A stretch of DNA of 64,000 bases from Roseibium sp. (GTDB taxonomy: Bacteria > Pseudomonadota > Alphaproteobacteria > Rhizobiales > Stappiaceae): positions 5,121,377 to 5,185,376 of the forward strand of contig NZ_OZ244138.1 in assembly GCF_965216085.1 (NCBI RefSeq), in the 5' to 3' direction. The notes under the pieces are model-generated. The model did not search any database. It worked only from the letters and a program-made list of their open reading frames with translations, and was not told the DNA's origin. Within the stretch, counting starts at the first letter, position 1, and the number at the start of each line of letters is the position of its first letter. Shown piece after piece: positions 1-10,411 of the stretch. Position numbers and translations under genes: made by a program.

Positions 1-1
1 G

Positions 2-184
2 TCCCCAGAACAAGCGGGCAGCCTGATGACCTTTCAGACCGCCCTCGGATTTGCGCTCACCTTCCTGACGGTACAGGTCACGCCCATGCTTGCCGGTCTG
101 ATCGGCTGGCCGGGTGTCTTTGTTCTGATGGCCATTGGACCAGCTGCCGGTATCGCCGGCATGCTGCGTTTGAAACAACTTTAG
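2..184 (+). CDS. 3' end of a membrane transporter gene (MFS-like?), truncated by the window edge
   Basis: The frame is open from the window edge to TAG at 182-184. The translation ...TFQTALGFALTFLTVQVTPMLAGLIGWPGVFVLMAIGPAAGIAGMLRLKQL forms two hydrophobic helices typical of a transporter C-terminus. Confidence 0.4.
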   Translation, partial: SPEQAGSLMTFQTALGFALTFLTVQVTPMLAGLIGWPGVFVLMAIGPAAGIAGMLRLKQL

Positions 185-275
185 TTTGACACATTCCAGA
201 CTCGGTTTACGTCCATAACTCCGCACGCAAAAGCTTCAAGTCAAAAAAACCACCACCAAATGGCAGGAGTGCTTC

Positions 276-959
276 ATGTCACAAATTGCTGAAGAGCATT
301 TTGGCGAAAGGGAAGCGGAGTCGTACGACCGCAAACGCTCCAAACTGAGCGTGATGAAAGACGCGATCTATTTTGTCATGAACGCCGCGCAAGACGTACT
401 GCCAGCCAGTTCTAATATTCTATGCGTTGGCGCTGGCACCGGAACAGAAATCATCAAAATGGCGGCGGCACATCCAAATTGGCGATTTGAAGTTGTTGAA
501 CCAGCTTCCGCGATGATGTCACAATGCAAACAGAATATTGATAAGGCAGGTTTTTCTGAGCGCTGTACCTTTCACGAAGGTTACGTTTCCTCTCTACCGG
601 AAGACGCTGTTTTTGATGGTGCGACCAGCATTCTTGTGTCTCATTTCCTGATGGACCGCCAGGAGCGCACCCAATTCTTCCGGGACATTTATCTGCGCCT
701 TGTGCCCGGCGGCCATCTTTTCTCAGTGGACATTGTATCGGATATGTCCGCTCCCGGTTTTGAAACACTTTCTGAGATGTGGTTTTCAGAAACGAAAAAA
801 GCGGGACTGCCCTCCGACCCGGCAGCATTCGGCCGAGATGTTTCGGTACTTCCTGCAGAAGCTGTCAGCGAGCTATTGTCGGAGGCCGGTTTTGACAGAC
901 CAACCGTGGTTCTCCAGCTACTTCTGCTGCACGCCTTTGTCTCTCACAAACCGAGTTAA
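276..959 (+). CDS. class I SAM-dependent methyltransferase
   Basis: 227-aa ORF with an AGGAG RBS just upstream. It has the Rossmann MTase motif I ILCVGAGTGTE followed by an acidic post-I strand (FEVVEPA). Confidence 0.75.
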   Translation: MSQIAEEHFGEREAESYDRKRSKLSVMKDAIYFVMNAAQDVLPASSNILCVGAGTGTEIIKMAAAHPNWRFEVVEPASAMMSQCKQNIDKAGFSERCTFHEGYVSSLPEDAVFDGATSILVSHFLMDRQERTQFFRDIYLRLVPGGHLFSVDIVSDMSAPGFETLSEMWFSETKKAGLPSDPAAFGRDVSVLPAEAVSELLSEAGFDRPTVVLQLLLLHAFVSHKPS

Positions 960-1066
960 CCCGTACCCGGCTGCGACAAGCTTACCGCTGAACCATAACG
1001 CCAAATTGTCACGCCCGAACATCCTACGCGTCTTTTTGTTGGCAACACCAAATCAAGGTGAGATCG

Positions 1067-1705
1067 ATGACGGCAATGGGTGACAAGGGGATCGACGTTT
1101 CCCACTATCAGGGTGTCGTCAACTGGAACAAGGTTGCAGCGGACGGAACCGCGTTTGCGATGATTAAGGCAAGCGAGGGCGAAAGTTACACCGACCCCAT
1201 GTTCACAGCGAATTGGGCGGGCTGCAAAAACAACGGCATCTCTTGCGGCGCCTATCATTACTTCCTGCCAACAGATTGTTTTCTCAAACAGTCTGACTTA
1301 CTCATCAAGCAGTTACAGGCCGTTAGCTTCGATCCTGAAACAGATCTGCCGCCAGCGATCGACTGCGAAGACATGGAACGTGCCTCTGCCTCGGTCTACG
1401 TTTATGCGCTCAAAGAACTGCTGGAAACTCTGCAGCGGCAAATCAAGTGCACACCGATGATCTATGTGTCCCCGGCCTTCTGGCAGGGTCTCGGCAATCC
1501 CGACTTCACCGAGTATCCTCTTTGGATTGCCAACTACACCTCCGCAAGCGAACCGGAAATTCCCGACCCTTGGAAAGGCTATGCCATCTGGCAGTTTTCA
1601 GAAGGTGGCCAGGTCGATGGCATCACAGGCGACGTTGATCTTGACCGGAACAATCCGAGTGTTGACGCCCAAAGCGTCCAAGAGCCGAAACTGAACTGGT
1701 TTTAA
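1067..1705 (+). CDS. glycoside hydrolase family 25 lysozyme (muramidase)
   Basis: GIDVSHYQGVVNWNKVAADGTAFAMIKASEG is the hallmark GH25 N-terminal block. ATG 1067 is preferred over GTG 1058 because an AAGGTGA RBS lies 6 nt upstream. Confidence 0.8.
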   Translation: MTAMGDKGIDVSHYQGVVNWNKVAADGTAFAMIKASEGESYTDPMFTANWAGCKNNGISCGAYHYFLPTDCFLKQSDLLIKQLQAVSFDPETDLPPAIDCEDMERASASVYVYALKELLETLQRQIKCTPMIYVSPAFWQGLGNPDFTEYPLWIANYTSASEPEIPDPWKGYAIWQFSEGGQVDGITGDVDLDRNNPSVDAQSVQEPKLNWF

Positions 1706-1811
1706 GAACCGCTTCCCAAGCTAAGAAAAGAGTCTGTGCGGACCACATTGCCGAATGGTAATCGCCAGTCTGTCCGGCATCCCGGCTTCCTGTTCTGATC
1801 GTTCGACCGGG

Positions 1812-3557
1812 TCAAGCTTGCCGAACTTGTTGAATGAAGACTTCCACTTCTTCATTCAGTTGCTCGGCTTGTCCAGCAAGGATCGAGGCAGATGCCATCA
1901 AGTTGCCCGATATTTCTCCAACTTGCTGATTGGCATCGGTTACGGAGGCGATGTTTTCGTTCACTTTGCGCGTGCCGTCAGCGGCAGAATGCACACTGCT
2001 TGCAATTTCACGCGTCGCGTCTCCTTGTTCAGCCATTACACTGGATATCGCGCTTGAGATTTCATTCACGGTTCTGATCACTTGGCTCAGGTTTTCCAAA
2101 GACCCCGATGCCTCTTTCGTGGCCAATTGAATGTCCTCAATCTGCTGAACAATTTCCTCTGCAGCTCGCGTGGTTTGGCCGGCAAGTTCCTTGACCTCAC
2201 TCGCCACGACAGCAAAGCCTCGACCAGCCTCACCAGCTCGAGCCGATTCGATCGTCGCGTTCAGAGCCAGGAGGTTGGTCTGTTCCGCAATCCCAGAAAT
2301 CATACCGATGACTTCGCCAATCTTATTCGCGGTATCGGCCAGGACCCCCATTTGCGAGTTTGAGTTCTCCACTTCAGCCACAGCTTTTTCGGACGCCTCT
2401 GTCGCATTTGCAACCTGCTGCGTAATTTCATCGATTGTTTTCGACATCTCCTCCGTTGCCGCGGCGACAGTCTGCACATTGTTCAGCGCGTCATCAGAAG
2501 CTTCTGAAACGAAAGCCGCTTTTTGAGAGGATTGTTCTGACATTGCCGACATGGAGCGGGCAGTTTCATCTTGCTCCTGAGACGACGACACAAAGGATCT
2601 CACGACATCGCGAACCTTACCGGTAAAGGCGCTGATCACTTCGTCCATTTTGCGGCGCTCGGTTTCCTGTTGCGCGTGTTTCGCATCCTTCTCTGCTTCC
2701 AGGTCTTTGGCTTGCTGCAAACCATCTCTGAACACGGTCAAGGCACTCGCCATTTGTCCGATCTCGTCAGAGCGCCCGCTTCCGGGGATGTCGGCGGTCA
2801 AATCCCCGTCGGCCATTTTCTTCATGCTTTGGGTGATATCGGAGATCGGCAGAGACATTTTTCTGGCGCTGAACAACACGACAGCCAGGATCAAACCACC
2901 ACCGACTACAAGCCCAACAATGATGCTCATTGTGACCGATTGCGCTTCAGCGAGAGCTTCACCGATATCCGTATCAACCTCTAAGATTCCCCGGACATCG
3001 CCGAGTTTCCAATCATTCTTCGGCGTGTCAGGGTGGGCATTGTGGCACCCAACACATCCTTTGGCGCTCATTGTGTCAGCGATTGCAACCCGCATAACCG
3101 TTGCGCCATTGCGGACCTCTTCCCGGGCGAATGTCGAATCTGGATTTTTGACCAGATAATCCCAGGCTTCTTTTTGAAATTCGTCGAGCTTCCGGCTCTT
3201 CCTATTTGGAAACGGATAGGCGCTGTAAAGAGCAATACTAGTGCTGTTGTTTTCAAGCAGCTTGCTCAGATCGTGAATCATGGTCGCCGGAAGTGGAATT
3301 GTATCATCCGAAGCCTTGTGATTGATCGATGGCTTTAAGGCTCCGCTGGCTTTGGCTTTCCGGATGATATTGCTGGTATAATATCCGCGGATTGTCTTGA
3401 ACTGGTTGGCGGCCTGCACGCCGTTCCGCGTTGCACTTTGGCGCGCATTTTCGATGACAGCGCTTGGTATCAACCACCAAGCAATTGCCAATCCAGCAAG
3501 AACGATTATTGGAATAGGGATTACCAGCTTCCAAACCAATGAATTTGACGTTGACAT
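1812..3557 (-). CDS. methyl-accepting chemotaxis protein with a periplasmic c-type-haem (DUF3365/Tll0287-like) sensor domain
   Basis: The order is TM1, a roughly 170-aa periplasmic domain containing CVGCH (CxxCH), TM2, HAMP, then the conserved MCP signalling hairpin ([35 protein letters not shown]). Confidence 0.85.
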   Translation of the reverse strand: MSTSNSLVWKLVIPIPIIVLAGLAIAWWLIPSAVIENARQSATRNGVQAANQFKTIRGYYTSNIIRKAKASGALKPSINHKASDDTIPLPATMIHDLSKLLENNSTSIALYSAYPFPNRKSRKLDEFQKEAWDYLVKNPDSTFAREEVRNGATVMRVAIADTMSAKGCVGCHNAHPDTPKNDWKLGDVRGILEVDTDIGEALAEAQSVTMSIIVGLVVGGGLILAVVLFSARKMSLPISDITQSMKKMADGDLTADIPGSGRSDEIGQMASALTVFRDGLQQAKDLEAEKDAKHAQQETERRKMDEVISAFTGKVRDVVRSFVSSSQEQDETARSMSAMSEQSSQKAAFVSEASDDALNNVQTVAAATEEMSKTIDEITQQVANATEASEKAVAEVENSNSQMGVLADTANKIGEVIGMISGIAEQTNLLALNATIESARAGEAGRGFAVVASEVKELAGQTTRAAEEIVQQIEDIQLATKEASGSLENLSQVIRTVNEISSAISSVMAEQGDATREIASSVHSAADGTRKVNENIASVTDANQQVGEISGNLMASASILAGQAEQLNEEVEVFIQQVRQA

Positions 3558-3681
3558 CTCATAGCCCCCTGGGCGAAAATTTCCTCAACGTCATTATTTA
3601 AGATAAATCTGAAATTTATTATAACGAACTACTTAGTTACTAAACTCATTAGCAATTATATCAATTAAAACTATTTACAAT

Positions 3682-4821
3682 TTACTTCACCACCATCTGC
3701 AATTCAAACTCGCAATACCCAAAATCTTGTCCGTTAATGCGCAGACTGATCGCTTGGGTGCCACCGTAATAGACCCGAGTGGTGATGGGCTTGATGGCAT
3801 GGGCTCTCTCAAGAGTGAGCGACTCACCAGCCTTAAGGTTCGTTTTTGTCCATTTGAACACTTTAGGAGCAAGAGTGCCGTTGGCCTTTTTGAAATGCAC
3901 CACATAGTCGATCACCAAGTCCTGTGGTTTCTTGCTCGTTGACTTAAGATCAACCGAGAAAGAAACAGTCTCCCCGTATTGGACATTGCGATTGTCTATG
4001 GTTGGACCATCCAACTCAATTTCCGGCGCCCCCAAACCAAACGCATCCAACGTCGCCCTATGCCCCTGTTTGATCAGCGACCGGCAGGCGTGACGCACAA
4101 GTTTTTGGCGGTTTTTATCACCGTTTTCGAGCCATCTGGCTGCAATGTCGGCAACAAGATCCGGGTGATCTTTGGCAATGTCATTCAAATGATTGGCAAC
4201 AGACCGGCGAACATACTCTTCCGGATCATCTTTCAGAGCCTCCAGTAATGGAAGCGCCGGTGCCGGGTCTTCGACGAGACGCTGCAACCGCATGCCCCAA
4301 GGAAGACGGGGACGGGTGCCTTCCGACACCAAACGGCGCACATGGACATTTGGATCAGAAGTCCAAGGTGCCATGATGTTAAGCGCTCGCTCCTGATCAG
4401 CTGCAAGAAACGGCCGGACGTCAAACTCGGCCGTCGCGCGTTTTGTCATGTCCTTGAGGAGGTCAAATGATTTTTCAAAATCGTCCATACCACAATCTGA
4501 CACAATCATCGAAAGCGGCATCACACCCCATCCGCAGATGCCTTTGTCATCACTCGACCAATCAAACGATTCTCCGGTGTCGGGATGGAGAACGGCGCGC
4601 AGAATTGCGAAACGGGCATCTAAGTCCTCAGGCAAATGGCGAGCGGTCACATCGGCAATCAGGCGTGCTCTTTGCTTCAATTCAAGCGGCTCCAATTCCG
4701 CGAGAATTTCAGCTTCATAAGCTTCTTTCGAGAAATCCGTAATCTGCCGGTTTAGATGAAAAGCAAAACACCGGACCAGCTCAGGGGAAAATTTGTTTTT
4801 AAACGGTTCCAATACCAACAC
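3682..4821 (-). CDS. DNA alkylation repair enzyme-like HEAT-repeat protein (AlkD-like family)
   Basis: The blocks HVRRLVSEGTRPRLPWG and EYVRRSVANHLNDIAKDHPDL match the family remembered as 'DNA alkylation repair enzyme'. The start is GTG. Confidence 0.6.
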   Translation of the reverse strand: MLVLEPFKNKFSPELVRCFAFHLNRQITDFSKEAYEAEILAELEPLELKQRARLIADVTARHLPEDLDARFAILRAVLHPDTGESFDWSSDDKGICGWGVMPLSMIVSDCGMDDFEKSFDLLKDMTKRATAEFDVRPFLAADQERALNIMAPWTSDPNVHVRRLVSEGTRPRLPWGMRLQRLVEDPAPALPLLEALKDDPEEYVRRSVANHLNDIAKDHPDLVADIAARWLENGDKNRQKLVRHACRSLIKQGHRATLDAFGLGAPEIELDGPTIDNRNVQYGETVSFSVDLKSTSKKPQDLVIDYVVHFKKANGTLAPKVFKWTKTNLKAGESLTLERAHAIKPITTRVYYGGTQAISLRINGQDFGYCEFELQMVVK

Positions 4822-4989
4822 CTTACTTTCAACAATAACTTGTCAGAATTGCCAGAGAATATGCAAACTTGGCAATGGCTTACGGCAAGCATCCTGACAC
4901 CATTTGTCAGGAGATTTCAGATATCCGGGGCACGGCCCTACCTCTTATTCGAGGCAGGGCCAGATGTGAGGATTGAGTTGACCGGCAAG

Positions 4990-5313
4990 TTAACGCTTGT
5001 AAGTCGCAAGTGACTGATACAGCGGCATTTCTGCCTCCATATCAACACCGGTCAGATCCATAAGCGAGAAAAACTCCAGACAATCTGGAGAGGTCCGTTC
5101 TGCCTCCATGACAGCCTGTGCGTCTTCCGCACTTTTGAACTGGACAATATCGAGGTATTCACCTTCGGACTTACGAATGAGCTCACGGCGCAAGACACCT
5201 GGCTGATGGCTGACAAAGTTCTTCTCAAACAAATCTGAAGCCTTGAGCAAGTCTTCTTCGGTTTTCCCAGGTGCCAGTTTAATCGGCGCTAGAACAGTGA
5301 TCGGCGCAGACAT
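4990..5313 (-). CDS. small ABM/Dabb-fold (antibiotic-biosynthesis-monooxygenase-like) protein
   Basis: About 107 aa with the beta-alpha-beta pattern ITVLAPIKL...YLDIVQFKSAEDAQAVMEA. The second ATG (5313) has a GGAG RBS. The gene is divergent from a WYL regulator. Confidence 0.4.
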   Translation of the reverse strand: MSAPITVLAPIKLAPGKTEEDLLKASDLFEKNFVSHQPGVLRRELIRKSEGEYLDIVQFKSAEDAQAVMEAERTSPDCLEFFSLMDLTGVDMEAEMPLYQSLATYKR

Positions 5314-5384
5314 TTTTTTCTCCATGTATTGAGTGATGCTGGCACCATATGGATAAATACGCCATTTTGTGTCCTATTTAACAA

Positions 5385-6122
5385 ATGACCAAAACATCGA
5401 CCATTGAACGCATGAAGCGGCTGGATTGGATAAGTGCGCGGCTCAAGGCCGACGACGCCTTGACCGTATCAAGTCTGTCCGAAGAACTCGGTATCAGCAG
5501 CCGGACATTATCCCGGGATATTCAGCTTCTTCGCGACCAGGGCCTTCCTATTGAAGCCGACCGGGGCCGTGGCGGCGGAATCAGACTGCATCGAACCTGG
5601 GGCGTGGGACGAGTCAAGTTCAGCTATTCAGAAGCGATCGACCTGCTGGTGAGCCTGGCGATTGCTGAACAAATGAAATCTCCGTTTTTTATGGCCGAAC
5701 TCGCCCCCATTCGGCGCAAGCTACTTGCCTCCTTATCGCCTCGCTTAAAGAACGAAATTTCCGATCTGAAATCGAGAATACTGATAGGCGAAACCGCATC
5801 CCACTTTGTCTTGTCCGGGTTTAACCCGCCACGGCAGCCGGTGATTGATACGCTGCACCAAGCGTTCGTTTCACGGCAAACTCTGGAGATTTCTTATGAA
5901 GCGATATCTGGTGACAGAACAGCGCGGGAGATAGAACCCCACTACCTGCTGCTGCATAGCCCGGTTTGGTACGTGCTCGCGTTCGATCGACTGCGGGACG
6001 ATATTCGCACTTTTCGGTGTGACCGCATCGCGAACGCAAACATCACCGACGACACATTCAAGTTGCTTGCCAATGAGCGTTTCGATCAAGCGCTTCAGGA
6101 CCTTGATATTATCGCGCCGTGA
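5385..6122 (+). CDS. YafY-family transcriptional regulator (HTH + WYL domain)
   Basis: The N-terminus has a DeoR-type HTH (LTVSSLSEELGISSRTLSRDIQLLRDQGLPIEADRGRGGGIRL). The C-terminus has a WYL-like block (EPHYLLLHSPVWYVLAFD). Confidence 0.8.
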   Translation: MTKTSTIERMKRLDWISARLKADDALTVSSLSEELGISSRTLSRDIQLLRDQGLPIEADRGRGGGIRLHRTWGVGRVKFSYSEAIDLLVSLAIAEQMKSPFFMAELAPIRRKLLASLSPRLKNEISDLKSRILIGETASHFVLSGFNPPRQPVIDTLHQAFVSRQTLEISYEAISGDRTAREIEPHYLLLHSPVWYVLAFDRLRDDIRTFRCDRIANANITDDTFKLLANERFDQALQDLDIIAP

Positions 6123-6544
6123 AAAGGTTATTCTGGTTTTTAGGGTTGGACATGCTGAACAGAAGCTACTGTGTTTTAAATCCAATTCACTCGGCTCATA
6201 AACTGGCCGTCCAAGCCAGTTTTCGTTGAAGTGTAGCGGCTTTGTTTTTTTGCTAGTGACCCTGACAACCGTCTTCAGCAGAGTTTCCTGATTTGACGCA
6301 GGCGTTCACACAAGCACGGACATACAGATTGCACCCATAATTTTGAGTTAGGTATATTTATCAATAAATCTGTAGATACAACGACCTCTTGAAACAAATA
6401 TATTTCGAGCAATTGCTTATTTACACAATAACAACCTCCACGCCCCTTTAATATATTTAGAACTACGGTAGCTACATTCGAAATTGCGCTACAGTCCGTT
6501 TCATAAACCGAGATTTAGGGACAGGCTTCGCCTTACGAGAAGAT

Positions 6545-7306
6545 ATGCGATCACATGCCCCCAGTTTGGGCTTTAAGGCCCTCCAGTATTTCTTCATGGC
6601 GCTTCAGTGCCTCGGACTGGTGTTGCTGATCTCTGGAACCTCAGCGGCCGAGCCCATAAAAATCTACACCACGGAACTGGATGGGCACCACCAGCCGGAC
6701 CTGCGTGGCAAATACGATCAGATTGTTTTGTCAGCGGCCTCCGGCAAGAAGCTCAATGTCGATTTCCAGTTTCTACCTCCCGCGCGTGCGATCCTTCAGT
6801 TCTCGCGCTGCGAAGACTGTTGCGTTAGCCCCTGCAACAGCGCCCCTGATATTACGCACTGCCCTGGAGCGACTTTATCTGATGTCTGGGATCGAGTGGA
6901 GCTGCATGCTTTTAATGTCACCCCAGGGGAACTCGATGTGTCGATTGAAAACTTCAAGAACCTCCGGGTGGGGGCCATCCAGGGCATGCCTTTGGGAGCA
7001 CAGGTTGAAAAGAACCTGACAGAAATCCGACGCCTTGAGACCCCACGCGCCGCTGCCAATATGCTCAATCTTGGCAGACTCGATGTGTTTCTGGGCTGGA
7101 TTCCGGAAACCCTTGTCTATTTTAGGGCCAACAACATTCCGGTGCCGAAGTACAACGCAAAGGCCCCCGTCAAGAGTGTGCCGATCGGCATTGCCTGCAA
7201 GGGACCAAAGTCCTTGCAGCTGATTGACGCCGTCAATGCATATTTGCGGCAGGCTCCAATCACATCGGACGTAAAACCTACCGCCAAACCAAATTCTGAC
7301 GGTTGA
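6545..7306 (+). CDS. secreted protein resembling a family-3 solute-binding (PBPb) domain
   Basis: It has a signal-peptide-like N-terminus (LQCLGLVLLISGTSAAEP). The overall pattern is that of transporter substrate-binding domain proteins. The start may be the internal Met at 6596. Confidence 0.45.
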   Translation: MRSHAPSLGFKALQYFFMALQCLGLVLLISGTSAAEPIKIYTTELDGHHQPDLRGKYDQIVLSAASGKKLNVDFQFLPPARAILQFSRCEDCCVSPCNSAPDITHCPGATLSDVWDRVELHAFNVTPGELDVSIENFKNLRVGAIQGMPLGAQVEKNLTEIRRLETPRAAANMLNLGRLDVFLGWIPETLVYFRANNIPVPKYNAKAPVKSVPIGIACKGPKSLQLIDAVNAYLRQAPITSDVKPTAKPNSDG

Positions 7307-7407
7307 ATGATTTGGTCAATATGTTCGTGATCATAAGGGCTTAAATCAGGTTGGGCGGATCGCGGCCAACCCGGCCTAGTGGCTTTCTTTCTAAAGCTAT
7401 TTTGGAA

Positions 7408-7437
7408 CAAAAAAACCACCCCGGCTCGCCGGGGTGG
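7408..7437 (-). terminator. rho-independent terminator downstream of ugpC
   Basis: 9-bp GC stem ccaccccgg/ccggggtgg with a 4-nt loop. On the minus strand it is followed by a T-run (the A-run at 7408-7415 on plus). Confidence 0.6.
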
Positions 7438-7496
7438 TTGAAGCGAAACAGGCAGCCCCTCGTTACTGCCACCTGCCTCGAAAGTTCAAATCAGCA

Positions 7497-8573
7497 TCAG
7501 TCGATGCGTTTGCCCGTATCAGCATCAAAGAAATGCACATCTTGCGGCAGCGCTTTGAGGTACATTTTTTCGCCCGGCTCATGATGAGCATGACTGGAAA
7601 CCCGGATGACAATCTCAGGGCCGCCTTCTTCAAAGCTGGCATAGACATAGCTTTCCGCACCAACTGGCTCGAGGACGGTGACGGTCACCTCGAGCGCTAG
7701 CCCGTCACCGGAGGCTGGGCTATCGACCACTTCCAGGTGCTCCGGGCGGATCCCAACTTTATATGCATCCTTGCCTTTGGTGTTGGCCCCAGACAGGCCT
7801 TTGCCCTTGGCAAGGGCCAAACCGTCCCCAGTCGACTTCAGATCCAGAAGGTTCATTGCCGGTGACCCGATGAAACTAGCCACAAACGTGGACGCCGGCT
7901 TGTCATAAACATCGATCGGCGCGCCAATCTGTTCGATGCTGCCGCCGTTCAAAACCACCAGGCGATCTGCCAGGGTCATGGCTTCCAGCTGATCGTGGGT
8001 CACATAAACGCTGGTGGTGCCAAGTGACTGCTGCAGACGCTTGATTTCAACGCGCATCTGAACCCGAAGCTTGGCATCCAGATTGGATAGCGGTTCATCG
8101 AACAGGAAGGCCGCAGGCTCTCGGACAATCGCCCGGCCCATGGCCACGCGCTGGCGCTGACCGCCGGAAAGTGCCCGTGGTTTGCGGTCGAGATATTCAC
8201 CGATCTCCAGAATGCGGGCCGCTTCCTTCACCCGGCGGTCGATCTCGGCCTTGTCCATGCCCCGGTTTTTCAGGCCATAGGCAAGGTTGTTGTAAACCGA
8301 CATATGCGGGTAAAGCGCGTAGTTCTGGAACACCATCGCGATATCACGGTCTGCCGGGTCGACCTTGTTGACCAGCCGGTCGCCAATTTTGATTTCCCCA
8401 GTGGTGATATCTTCAAGGCCCGCAATCATGCGCAGCAAAGTGGATTTGCCGCAGCCGGACGGACCAACCAGGACAATGAACTCCCCTTCGTCAATATCGA
8501 TGGAAACGCCCTTAACTGCTTCCACCGCACCGCCGTATACCTTGCGGACAGTGTCGAGAGTAATTGTTGACAT
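7497..8573 (-). CDS. ugpC: sn-glycerol-3-phosphate ABC transporter ATP-binding protein
   Basis: Walker [10 protein letters not shown], signature LSGGQRQR, Walker B FLFDEPLS and a MalK/UgpC-type C-terminal regulatory domain. It is the last gene of an SBP-permease-permease-ATPase operon. Confidence 0.9.
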   Translation of the reverse strand: MSTITLDTVRKVYGGAVEAVKGVSIDIDEGEFIVLVGPSGCGKSTLLRMIAGLEDITTGEIKIGDRLVNKVDPADRDIAMVFQNYALYPHMSVYNNLAYGLKNRGMDKAEIDRRVKEAARILEIGEYLDRKPRALSGGQRQRVAMGRAIVREPAAFLFDEPLSNLDAKLRVQMRVEIKRLQQSLGTTSVYVTHDQLEAMTLADRLVVLNGGSIEQIGAPIDVYDKPASTFVASFIGSPAMNLLDLKSTGDGLALAKGKGLSGANTKGKDAYKVGIRPEHLEVVDSPASGDGLALEVTVTVLEPVGAESYVYASFEEGGPEIVIRVSSHAHHEPGEKMYLKALPQDVHFFDADTGKRID

Positions 8574-8581
8574 TTAAAACC

Positions 8582-9424
8582 TCACTTATCGCTCTCGACG
8601 AGCCCTTTGACGAACCAGCTTTGGAAGACCACAACGATCAGGACCGGCGGTACGATGGCCAGAATGGCGAGCGCCATAGCCTCATTCAGTGCCGGGATCT
8701 GCGCCCCCACCCAGACCTGCATGATCTGCTTGATCCCGCGGACCAAGGTAAACAGGGATTCTTCGGTGGTGATCAGGGTCGGCCAGAGATACTGGTTCCA
8801 GCCATAGACGAACATGATGATGAAGATAGCCGCGATCATGGTTTGCGACAGCGGCACGAGGATATCTTTGAAGAATTTCCAGGGGCCGGCTCCATCGATC
8901 CGCGCAGCTTCCAGAAGTTCATCTGGAACTGACATGAAGAACTGGCGGAAGAAGAAAGTTCCTGTTGCAGATGCAATCAGGGGAACGATCAGGCCGGAAT
9001 AGGTGTTCACCATCCCGAGCGACTGGACGATCTCATATGACGGCAGGATGCGGACTTCCAGCGGCAGCAACAGCGTTGCAAAGATCACCCAGAAACACAG
9101 GGTTGCCATGGGAAAACGGAAGTAAACGATCGCATAAGCCGCCAGCATAGAGATGATGATCTTGCCGATCGCAAATCCGAACCCGAGGATCATCGAGTTC
9201 TTCAGCATGACAAAGCCATCAACTTCCTTGGTGAAGCCACCAGCCCGGAAGAGCACAGTTTCATAGTTTTCCAGGAACTTGCTGCCCGGAACAAACTGGA
9301 TGCCTTCTTTATAGATCGTAATGGCATCATGCGTGCTGGTCAGGAAGGCCAACGCGACCGGTGTGACCATGAAGAACACACCCAAGAGCAAGACAACGTG
9401 GTCCAGAATTTGAAGTTTTCTCAT
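8582..9424 (-). CDS. ugpE: sn-glycerol-3-phosphate ABC transporter permease
   Basis: Multi-TM protein with the EAA loop (ELLEAARIDGAGPWKFFKDILVP) of binding-protein-dependent permeases. Its position in the ugp operon supports the call. Confidence 0.85.
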   Translation of the reverse strand: MRKLQILDHVVLLLGVFFMVTPVALAFLTSTHDAITIYKEGIQFVPGSKFLENYETVLFRAGGFTKEVDGFVMLKNSMILGFGFAIGKIIISMLAAYAIVYFRFPMATLCFWVIFATLLLPLEVRILPSYEIVQSLGMVNTYSGLIVPLIASATGTFFFRQFFMSVPDELLEAARIDGAGPWKFFKDILVPLSQTMIAAIFIIMFVYGWNQYLWPTLITTEESLFTLVRGIKQIMQVWVGAQIPALNEAMALAILAIVPPVLIVVVFQSWFVKGLVESDK

Positions 9425-9434
9425 CTCACGCTCC

Positions 9435-10316
9435 TTATGTGTAATGCACGCGCCGCTCGATCAGCCGGAACTGAACAACGGTTAGGATGAACACCAGAGC
9501 CATCAAGATGACCGACTGTGCAGACGACCCACCAAGGTCATTGCCACGGAACCCATCAAGGAAGACCTTGTAGACGAGTGTCACCGGGTTGTTGCCCGGC
9601 TCCTGCTTCACAAGAACATCGACGATACCGAACGTGTCGAAGAACGCGTAAGTGATGTTGATGATCAGCAAGAAAAAGCCTGTCGGGGCCAGGAGCGGGA
9701 ACGTCACAGTCCAGAACCGGCGGAAACCTGAGCGGCAGTCAATGCTGGCCGCTTCCTGGACCGATTTGGAAATTCCCTGAAGGCCAGACAGAAAGAAGAT
9801 GAAGTTGACCGGGATTTGCTTCCAGACCGCCGTGGTGGTCATGGCAAAGGCCGTGTCGAAGTAACTCACGCCGATCTGCAGGTTCCAGCCGAACAAGGCA
9901 AAGAAATCAACGATCGGGCCAACGTGCTGATCGAACAGCATAACGCCGATCAGGCCGGCAACCGGAGGTGCGACCGCATAAACCCACATAAGCAGTGTTT
10001 TATAGGACGACGATCCGCGCAAAACCTTGTCCGCCTTGACCGCCAAAAGAAGGGCAATGCCAAGGGACAGGAAGGTCACGAAGAAGGTAAAGACAGCCGT
10101 GAAGCGGGCGACGCGGCCATAGTCTGTGGAGGTCACTGTGTCGACGAAGTTGTCCATCCCGACAAATGTCGAACCGAACCCGAACGGGTCCTCGAGATAG
10201 AAAGACGACTGAACGGCTTCAGCTGCCGGCCACAAGAAGAAGATCGTCACGATGGCAAGCTGCGGCAAAAGCAGCATGTAGGGCACCCACCGGGACTGGA
10301 ATTGAACTTTTTTCAT
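9435..10316 (-). CDS. ugpA: sn-glycerol-3-phosphate ABC transporter permease
   Basis: MKKVQFQSRWVPYMLLLPQLAI parallels the remembered E. coli UgpA N-terminus (..FRSRWLPYLLVAPQL). It has an EAA loop (EAASIDCRSGFRRFWTVTFPLL). The internal ATG 10316 is preferred to the longest ORF. Confidence 0.85.
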   Translation of the reverse strand: MKKVQFQSRWVPYMLLLPQLAIVTIFFLWPAAEAVQSSFYLEDPFGFGSTFVGMDNFVDTVTSTDYGRVARFTAVFTFFVTFLSLGIALLLAVKADKVLRGSSSYKTLLMWVYAVAPPVAGLIGVMLFDQHVGPIVDFFALFGWNLQIGVSYFDTAFAMTTTAVWKQIPVNFIFFLSGLQGISKSVQEAASIDCRSGFRRFWTVTFPLLAPTGFFLLIINITYAFFDTFGIVDVLVKQEPGNNPVTLVYKVFLDGFRGNDLGGSSAQSVILMALVFILTVVQFRLIERRVHYT

Positions 10317-10411
10317 CACGTCACCGCAACGGGGAAAGCGGGCCACAAACGGACCCGCCTTCTAGTCAAAGATATGGAAGCGCACCATGGCGCTCCCAAA
10401 TGGTCAACTTA

